This document shows, piece after piece, positions 53,175 through 64,000 of a DNA stretch of 64,000 bases. The DNA is from the human T2T-CHM13v2.0 reference genome, Homo sapiens, in NCBI RefSeq assembly GCF_009914755.1, contig NC_060926.1; one strand, given 5' to 3'. Both the position numbers and the translations under genes were made by a program. The stretch's first letter is position 1; the number at the start of each line of letters is the position of its first letter. Below the pieces are notes generated by a model. It did no database searches. It was not told where the DNA came from and saw only the letters and a list, made by a program, of their open reading frames with translations.

Positions 53175-53759
53175 TGTATATTAATTCTTTATAAAGACTG
53201 TCATTATTTAAATAACATCCAAAATTAAATATTTTTTTCTAGAGAATATAGACATCTTCATGTTGCCCCTATTTTGAGAAAAGTGGTGTTTGGCCCTAAA
53301 TCATATGAACTCTTGGCATGTGTGTTCTCCATCCAATTTGCAATAGCATCTTCCATAGACTAACCCTGAAAAATATCATTTTAGAAAAACAGAAGTGGAA
53401 TACCTGAGCTAATTTATGTTTAGCAAGGGCAGCTAAAGATTCTAGCCTTGTTATCCCCAGATCTGAAGAAGAAGCTCCCTGTTTGTCATCAGTGAATTCC
53501 TGAGGTTTTCTAGGCCCAGAACTTTGGTGCCAATTTCCCACTTTTCATGTCCTGCTAACCATACAACAAAAGGGAGAAGAGCGATCTTTGGCTAACCACC
53601 AGACCAGAATTCTGAGAACTGTAAGTTCTTCATCTTTATTTTGGCTTACCTTGATCTAGGCTTTTCCCTCATCTTTAGAATCAGTGCCTTTGGTATCTGG
53701 ATAGGAGTGGGAAGCACATTCTAGATCTCCATTTCTTTGTCTGTCCAGACCCTTCCTAC

Positions 53760-54190
53760 CTTCCTCTCCCACACGCAGCCTCTTTGACTTTGGTCATGGT
53801 CAGGAGATGTGGGCTGGGCCAGTTGTATTACTTCTGGTCACAGTGATTGTTACAAGAGCTGGGCATATTACCCAACCCAATCTGAGTCCTGCCTTAAGAG
53901 TTTTCTCACTGGAGGTGGAATGAGGGGGCCCCATTCCTCTCTGTGAAGGCTGTGTGGTTGTGAGTCCAGAAGAGACCCATTTCTAGTCTCATGAAGAATC
54001 CAGTCTGAGTGTGAAGTAGAGATGAAAGCTAGAGGAAATGAGTCATGATGGTGCTCTGTGTTGGCTCCAGACATCCTAATGCTCCTCCACCTTTGTTCTC
54101 CTAAAGTTTAGTTAATGAGTTCATAAAATTCCCCTTTCTCATATAAGCCAGTTAATTTGGGATGTCTTGTCCCTTGCAGCCATGAATTGT
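53760..54190 (+). mobile_element. Old MLT1 (J/K-like) remnant
   Basis: ggtcacagtgattg...ataaaattccc...taagccagtt...cccttgcagcca. Confidence 0.55.
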
Positions 54191-54270
54191 GACTGATTCA
54201 TTTCATTAAAAAAAACTACCTCACTCTTGACATCTAACCCTCTGTCTACTACTAAAAGAAGCTGATCCTT

Positions 54271-54589
<319 letters not shown>

Positions 54590-55946
54590 TCAGTTATCTT
54601 GAATCATATTAGGGTCTCCGTTATAATTTTTCATGGGTAGGGACAGGTTCTGGGGATTTGGGTTCCCAGAAGTAAAAATCTTACTACCTTTTGTACTAAC
54701 TCCCTTCATTCTGGGGAACCATGATGGTCTTTTGAGGACACAAAACATAAGGCAATATTCCCTATTGTTCTGTGAGCAAAACTGTGCAGCACCTTAAGTC
54801 TGTACAGATGCAGTATCAGAAGCAGCAAGGGATTGGCAGGTTGCTGACTAGAGCCATAGGGACTTCACTCTTCTCTCATTTTCAGTCCTCCTGCCCTGGA
54901 CACCTGCCAACATTCCTTGTCAACTCTTGACTCCAGCAGTGAAGCACGTGGCCCAGCCTAAGTCAATCAGAACTTAATCCAGTCAAAGCCAGTTAGACTT
55001 TGGCTGGCCCTTCTGGAAATGTGGTGTTCTCCCTTCAATACTAGATTTGAATGTGAGAGAAGGGGTGGTTGGAGCTGCCATGACCATCTCTTGACTATGA
55101 ACAGAGCCAGCCTGAGAATGACTAACATCCTTGGACCCGTTGCCTCAAGCCGCACCCAAAGTTTTTGTTTTCATTTGTAAGGGCACATTAAATAATGAGA
55201 CCATATAGTTAATTAAATATGATAATAGTTAAAACCATGTTCAGGGTACAAATATACCACCTCAAAGGACCAGATTCCTTATGATGACTCAGTCTGCATC
55301 ATTTAAAACAAAGCAGAAATAAGCCTGCCCCCAAGCCCCATCTTTGAATTCCACATACATTATGGGCTAGATAGCTAAAGTAGCTGAAAAAGTCTCCTAT
55401 CCTGCACATCAGAATAACAGAATAACAGGAACCGCTTGGCATGCTATTCTGATAGCAAGAGCGGGAGACCAATTGTCATCATCGTAGTTATAACCATTAC
55501 AACAACTTACTGAAAGCTCTTGGGCTAGCAATTGTGCTGGTATATTGAATAGTTACCTTTAATGCTAAAACATAGGTACTGTTTTAATATGTACTATAGA
55601 TGAGGAAATTAATATAATATTAAGATGGTTTAAAGGTCACCTAGATGGTAAGAGGCAGTTTAATTTCAAGCCAGATTTGACTCCAAAACACATGTTCTTT
55701 CTACTTTTTCCATGCTTCCTTTCGTATTGCATGACTTGGCTGAGGTTCCACCCTAGCACACACAGTAAAAGAGATGTCTCATCCACCAGATTGCTTAGTT
55801 TGATACCTTGGGAGACACCTTCATCAAACTTCTTGAACTCTTTCAGGCCATCTCCTCAATCTTGTTGGGTCACTGTGGCCCATCCAAAGTATTAACCGTG
55901 GCCCTCCAGAACTTCCAATGGCTCTGGATTTGGCATTTGTAAGATG

Positions 55947-55947
<1 letters not shown>

Positions 55948-55979
<32 letters not shown>

Positions 55980-56257
55980 AGACGGAGTCTCGCTCTGTCG
56001 CCCAGGCTGGAGTGCAGTGGCACGATCTCGGCTCACTGCAAGCTCCGCCTTCCGGTTCATGCCATTCTCCTGCGTCAGCCTCCCGAGTAGCTGGGATTAC
56101 AGGCGCCGGCCACCACGCCCGGCTAATTTTTTGTATTTTTAGTAGAGACGGGGTTTCACCATGTTAGCCAGGATGGTCTCGATCTCCTGACCTCGTGATC
56201 CGCCTGCCTCAGCCTCCCAAAGTGCTGGGATTACAGGCGTGAGCCACAGCACCTGGT
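55948..56257 (-). mobile_element. AluY
   Basis: CpG-rich reverse Alu, TSD ttgtaagatgc. Confidence 0.95.
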
Positions 56258-56668
56258 TGTAAGATGCCTTTCGATACATAATATTTATGATATGTGTGCC
56301 CAAATCCACAATGCCCGAAGGGCTGCCTCAACCAATCCAATCCTAGTTAACTATCATGATGGGTTTATCATAGGTATACCCACTTCCCAAATCTGCAACA
56401 AATTTTGGTGGTGGTAAATACCTTTTATAATCCCTAATCTTTATCCCCTGACCTACTTCCCATCTACTTTAATCACAATCCATCAACGATATAGGAATTC
56501 GATCTGATATCTGATAGTGACCTGTAGTTCATATCCTGGCTTTAGAAAACACATCTACCTGATACCCACTTCCCATAGCCAGATGATCAAACTGTATCAA
56601 CTCATTTCTGAAAAACACCTCTACTTATACATCCAAGTGTCTTTGCTTTACGCCTTTCGGCTTTATGA

Positions 56669-57003
<335 letters not shown>

Positions 57004-57109
57004 TGATCTCATTTCTTAAACCAAACCCCCTGATTTTGATGTTTATACTCAGTTCTTCTTCCTTTTTCGCGTACCTGACACATTGTCATGTATTGGGTTT
57101 TTTAAATGG

Positions 57110-57350
57110 GCCATTCATCATACAAACAAAAAGTAGAATAGTGGTTGTCAGCAGCTACAGGGAGGGAAAAAAGAGGAATTGTTGTTTCAAGGATATTGAG
57201 TTTCAGTTTTACAAGATGAAAAAAAAAAAAAGTCCCAGATATCTGCTTCACAACAATGTGAATATATTTAACACTACTGAACTGTATACTTAGAAATGAT
57301 TAAAATAGTACATTTTATGTTAGGTATATTTTACCACAATTTTTAAAATG
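57110..57350 (+). mobile_element. L1MB/MA 3'-end fragment
   Basis: aaagtagaatagtggttg...gagtttcagttttacaagatgaaaa...caatgtgaatatatttaacactactgaactgta. Confidence 0.8.
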
Positions 57351-57870
57351 CAAAAAAAAATTTTAATGCACTCGGGAAGAGAAATGGTCCCTCCATTCAG
57401 ACCTTTTCTAGGAAACTCAAAATAAATTTGCTACTATTAGGACAAATTAGAACAGACTCTAAGAAAGTTTACACCATAACGTGTATTCCAATATGGAACG
57501 TTGATGTTGGCTACAGCTATAATCAGAATTCACTCAATACTTGCATAACCTGTTCCTTTGGGTACTCTGTTGTATTAGTTTAAAAGATGTGTTTTTACCT
57601 CTGGGTCACCCCAATGACACCTTATAATTGGCTCTCAAACTTCAGTGTACAATAAGAATCACAGGCTTATTATAAATGCGTATTCCAAGGCTTACCCTAG
57701 ACCTACTAAACCAGCAATCTTCTGGTGCCAAGGCTCAGAATTCTGCATGTTCAATAAACTCTCTACATTACTCTTTTTTTTTTTTTCTTGAGATGGAGTC
57801 TCGCTTTGTCACCTAGGCTAGAGTACTGTGCTCAGAAATCTCCACGTTCAATAAACTCCCTACATTACTC

Positions 57871-58170
57871 TTTTTTTTTTTTTTCTTCTTGAGACGGAGT
57901 CTCACTCTGTCACCTAGGCTGGAGTATGGTGGCACGATCTCAGCTGCCTGCAACCTCCACTTCCTGGGTTCCAGTGATTCTTCTGCCTCAGCCTCCCAAG
58001 TAGCTGGGATTACGGATGAACACCACCACACCCAGCTAATTTTTTGTATTTTAGTAGAGACAAGGTATCACCATGTTGGCCATGATGGTCTTGATCTCCT
58101 GACCCTGTGATTCACCCGCCTTGGCCTCCTCAAGTGCTGGGATTACAGGCATGAGCCACCATGCCCGGCC
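57871..58170 (-). mobile_element. AluS within a MER5-like element (~57630-58230)
   Basis: Reverse Alu, TSD ctacattactctt. Confidence 0.93.
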
Positions 58171-59561
58171 CTCTCTACATTACTCTTATACAGGCTGTCA
58201 TTGGACCATGACTTGAGAAATTCTGCTTTAGAAAGTATGCTTCTTTTGGGGGGAAAGGCCAAATGTTTAATTTTATTTCTTTTCTTATGGCTCAAGCTCA
58301 GAGCTTTGTACTTAGTAGGGACTTACATGGGGTTGAAAAAATACAGTTTATAAAAAAGAATTGTGCTGGCCTCATTGTCCAAATAAAATACAATTTGTAG
58401 CACGTGGTTTCTTTCAGAATTAATTGCACATTAATACTTGATATTTGAGCAGGCTGTATATTAAGGAGCTACAACATGATACGAGTTCCAAGAATGTGAC
58501 TTTAGTGCTTAGTGTTTTAAATCTAGACTCTTAGATGCTCTGATCTCATATAGCTCTAAAAAGTCATTTCCTTCTTAAACTTTTCGTCCTCTTCAGCCTC
58601 TAAATGGAAATTAAGCCTGCCTAGTTTCAACCTGATTTACAGCTTTTAATCTGTGTTCTTAATGAGGTATTAGAGAATATTTATAATGTCATTGTGTAGT
58701 CTGTCCACAGAAGAATAACTGTGAATATATGTTTAAAATTCCATATACTTTAGAACTTAATGTTTTGCCTGAAGAAAGAGCTCACTGATATATTGAGCAA
58801 GCGTTTGGATTCGCCTTATGTAGATTAAATTCATAATTTTATTTTTAACAGAGTCATTTACGTTTATGACATCACAAGGAAGTATAATGACAGTCTATCA
58901 GTTTCTACTTAGAAATAATAAGATAATTTGTTCTTCATGTTCTGGAAGATATTTGCCTGTCAGATAGGTGGCTAAAAAGATGACTTTGAAAGCCCTTTCT
59001 AATCCTGAGGATGTGAGTTTACACTGCCAAAGTAACTTCTTGATGTACTCAATATTACTTGGATGTGAAATGTAGTTTGCTCCCCACATAGAACATAATT
59101 TTTAGCCCCAAATTTGCCTGTAAAAAGTGAAGTTTATAGTGGTTTTGTCTTGTGTATTTTTTATATGACATCATGCTTTAGAAATATAAACAAATGGAAA
59201 ATCAAAAATTGGATCAGAGGGTAACACCGTAATGGATTTGACTTTTAACTTCTCTAGAGGACTGATCTATTAAATGTTTTCTTTCTCCTCAGTATTGTTC
59301 TATAAAGATGTCAACAGTGACACACTGGTTATCACAGCACTTTGTATGAATACAGCCAGAATTTGTGGCATTCCAAAATGTCTTGAGAGGCTTGGAAAGG
59401 AAGGTCTGAGGTCACAGAAGCTTAGCACTGAAAGGACCTCAAAGATAGAGCATGAGGACATTTAGGTCCCTGAGTTGCTCAAGCTTGTGTAACGGTAGAG
59501 AGATGCCCTGATCTTTCTCAAGGCAGTGCACTTCCCACTGGTTTGAAAGAAGAAAACTTAA

Positions 59562-59870
<309 letters not shown>

Positions 59871-59904
59871 GTATGTCTCCTTTCTTCTTTCTAGGTCAGT
59901 CATC

Positions 59905-60370
59905 CATTGTGTCAGACAGAAAACAGGGGGCCCTCACAATCCCACTCTTGGTAGTCACAGCCTTGATCCCTCACCTGATCACAGGAAGGACTTGTGACTT
60001 GCTTCTAGCCAGCTGAATGCAGCAAAGGTGACTTGAGTGTCCAGGATCACATGTACATGATTACCTTACATAAGACTGCAAATCATCTTGATAGGAGCTC
60101 CTCTCCTATAGCTGGCTTAGCCAGACATGGATTAGCTGGGTCACTGCCTCATGGTCTTAAAAGGCTGCAAGAAGGTATTAGCTGGAACTTTGGTCATCTG
60201 AGGCTCGACTGGGGAATGATGTGCTTCCAAGCTCATGTGGTTATTGGCAACGTTCAGTTCCTTGCAGGCTGTCAAACTAAAGGGCTTCAGTTTCTTGGTG
60301 GCTGTTGGAGGGAAGCTACCCTCAGTTCTTTACCAAGTGGTCTTCTTCATAGGCAGCTGGCTTCTTCAGT
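59905..60370. mobile_element. Two MLT1 (E/F-like) LTR fragments in opposite orientation
   Basis: ggacttgtgacttgcttctagcca on the + strand, then ttagctggg...tcatctgaggctcgactgggg...ttccaagctca on the - strand. Confidence 0.6.
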
Positions 60371-62617
60371 GGCAGCAACGAAGAGAGATTTTCTTGGTCA
60401 TTCTGAATACTCAGTTGTTTTTAACTTGCTTCATCTAACCAGTGTGAATTTGCACCCTACAATTTGTTAGAATTATAAAGCTGATGGTTGTGTTCACCTT
60501 GCCAGTCTTAATATAAACTCAATTGCATAATTATGTGTTTCAGGGGAGTATGGAGTATATTGACCCCATTGTGAGTTCGAACTAATCTATTGTATAAGTA
60601 AGGAACCTGTATAGACTATTATTTCAGTAACCAACCTACTGCTTGGCTTTTTACTCGACTACAGTGACTGCCAAAATGAAAAGTTTAATTGTTGTTGGAT
60701 AAATCAGTTCCATTGCCCTGCTCTCTCCCCTCGTTTCTTCCTTCCTTCCTTACAAATACTGCACACAATCAGCTAATATTTAGGTGCGCGTGCTGTCGGC
60801 GCCCATGGTAGTTCCTTTTGCCTTCAGATGGGTGCCATGAGCTGTCTCTACCACGGTCTGTTTTGTTTCCTGTGTATTTTACTTCCAGTGATGGTTTTGC
60901 TTCTTCTTTGCCTCCAAAGCTTCACAAACAACCTTAGCGCTGAGTCCAAAGGCATTTCCCAAAGGAATATACAACTAGCAGAAACAGCAAAATGAGAGTC
61001 TGTGTTTCAGAATTAGTAGGAAAACTTTTACCATAACACCAATTAGAATTTCCTTTAGTTATTATGACATCAGATTTTAGCTTCAACAAAACTGAACTAG
61101 CTCTAGATTTTATTATCGGCGAGTCTCAAGTTGTCTTTTTTGTTGTTGTTGTTACACAAAAACTCATGCTGTTTTATTTTAGGTGCATGGCAGAGTGACA
61201 GAATACCAACAGAAACCAAAGTCTAGTGCAGGGAAGGTAGTCTGGTTTAGATTTTCCAACTGAACTTTACCAAGGCTGGGCTTCTCTTGGGAGATATTGT
61301 GCACTGTTTTATTTGTGCCAAGAGTTTTGTAATTTGCAAGGTAACTTTAACATTATGTTTGCTGAGAATCAGTCTAAATAAACTACTGATGAACACAAAT
61401 CAACTTCAATTAAATTAATGGAAAAGCTTTTTTTCTATCCCACTAAGTCTTCTAGCTCTTTCAAAGAGTTGGTAACTCTTATATTTTATTTTTAAGATGG
61501 AGAAGTCCTTCCTAACTTTCAACCACCTTTTCATTATTCCTGCTGTGATTTAGAGAGCCATCCTTAACCTGTGTTCTTTTGAGTGGTTATTCTAGCAGTT
61601 TTGACTTATTTTCATTAGTATGATGCAACAATTCAAGTCAAAGGAACACAGTTCATAGCCCACAATTTGGTCATTATCTAGAGCTTCTGCACTTTGGGGA
61701 TAAAGATAAGCTATTATTAAAAATACCTATGGGACATACAGGCTCAGATACATAAGTGCATTCATCTCAGTTAAGCAATAATATGCAGACTCTTTTTTGC
61801 GTTTTCTTTGAGAACTTTTGCTTAGGTTTTCTCTATATTTTATATATTGAAAACTTTTTAAGGGACTTCAATTTTAAAAACCGTATTTTCCTCCACTGAC
61901 AGAACCAAAATAATTGAAGAATGTCACACATTATCTTTCCTAACAAGGCCTTTGACTTTTTCCCACTATGCCTTTTGAGAGAGTCTGTCATTAATTTTAG
62001 ATTAAGAATACAGAGCCTTGTTGTTCCCATAGACGTTTGAATGATTCATTTCTAGAGATGGGCAATACGGGGAGTTCTGTGACGTTGTTCTTTTTGACAA
62101 GTAAAATACTTCCCCACAAAAAATAGAAGGAATATTTCCAGAGGACAATGAAAGAAGCCTAGTAAATGTACTTGGAGTTTCTTAGAAGCATTCATTCTTC
62201 TCACATGGGAGCACGGTTTGCTCTCAAAAACATATTACCCCACTGCCAGCCATTTTCTTGCCAAAGTCAACTCATGTACTTTCTAGCTCTTTCAATACAC
62301 TGCAGCTGTTATATCCTGAGCACCATGGACTTCCTTCTTCCTTTCTGCTATTACAAGGAAGTCATTCACCTCTCTTTTTCTTTTTTTCTCTCTCCGTCTT
62401 TTTTTTCTCTCTCCCTCGCATTCTGTTTCTCTCTTTCTCTCTGAAGAAACATTTTCCTCCCAATCTGTACTTAGGATGTGGACACCCTTACTTTTTCCTT
62501 ATCAGCTCTGGCTTGAGCTCATTGTTCAACCTATTGCTTCTATTATACGGGGGCCTAGTATGAAACCCAAGCATGGACAAGAAATGGCTGGGTTTCAAAA
62601 CAATAATCAAATCACTA

Positions 62618-62980
<363 letters not shown>

Positions 62981-63349
62981 TCACTGTTTACTTTGGTTTT
63001 GTTTCAGACAACTTATAATTTTTAGATATAGCTGTTAGTAAAATTTGCTTAGAATTTATCTATATGTAGGATGACTCTTCACCATGTGTGAGTGCTGTTG
63101 TCTCTCTCTTAAATACTATCCTTTTGTTTTTTCCACTGCTTTTGCCTCACATTAGGTAGCTTCTCCAAGTAATTAGGAAATTAGTATGTCTTCTTAACAT
63201 TAGATCTAAAAACTCTTCTAGTCATCTAGATGGAGGTTACCAGCATAAAAAGCATATACATTATTTTCTGATTCTTACATTAAAAAAATCTACTCTTAAA
63301 TTCCTTTTTGAAGAGATATTAATAAACATGCACACAAAGTAATTATGTA

Positions 63350-63815
<466 letters not shown>

Positions 63816-64000
63816 CTATGGAGAAATTCCTTGTGCTTCTTCTCAAAGTGTTACTCACGTAAAGAGCAGCTAAAACAAACACTGTTGACAGACAGTAAGT
63901 GTAGAATGACAGAGTAAGGGAGGGAGGTGACAGATAAATAGATGACTGTTAGATAACAAATCAATACATAGACATCTAATAGAATTATATGAAGGACCTT

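Noticed and set aside
60033-60470. 145-aa ORF (also 48880-49269, 51388-51792 and 13673-14089)
   Set aside because: No recognisable domain or supporting splice structure; several start at non-ATG codons or overlap LTR/MIR remnants.

Overview
Human-type (primate) genomic DNA, AT-rich and repeat-dense (about 48 Alu copies or fragments, L1, MaLR/ERV1 LTRs, MIR, DNA transposons). It contains the last three coding exons of LTBP1 on the + strand (17323-17445, 25273-25422, 26505-26686): the post-TB linker and two C-terminal EGF-like domains, ending ...NLEKDSDLE*. These are followed by a ~0.95 kb 3'UTR with two candidate poly(A) signals. Positions 1-17322 are intronic and ~27650-64000 is intergenic; from memory of the locus the next gene is RASGRP3, and no exon of it is visible here. 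An Alu-embedded sequence I recognise as MIR4430 lies at 46697-46745. Almost all other ORFs in the track are Alu/L1/LTR artefacts. I find no convincing novel multi-gene system. The most notable unannotated structures are: a 136-bp direct repeat bracketing a symmetric LTBP1 exon; an L1PA with a short 3' transduction nested in an older L1; a zero-spacer inverted Alu pair; a 3x45-bp kB-like/hairpin tandem repeat; a 24-bp fold-back inside an MLT1 LTR; and other locally templated duplications. Repeat subfamily names come from recall of consensus sequences, and repeat boundaries are approximate.
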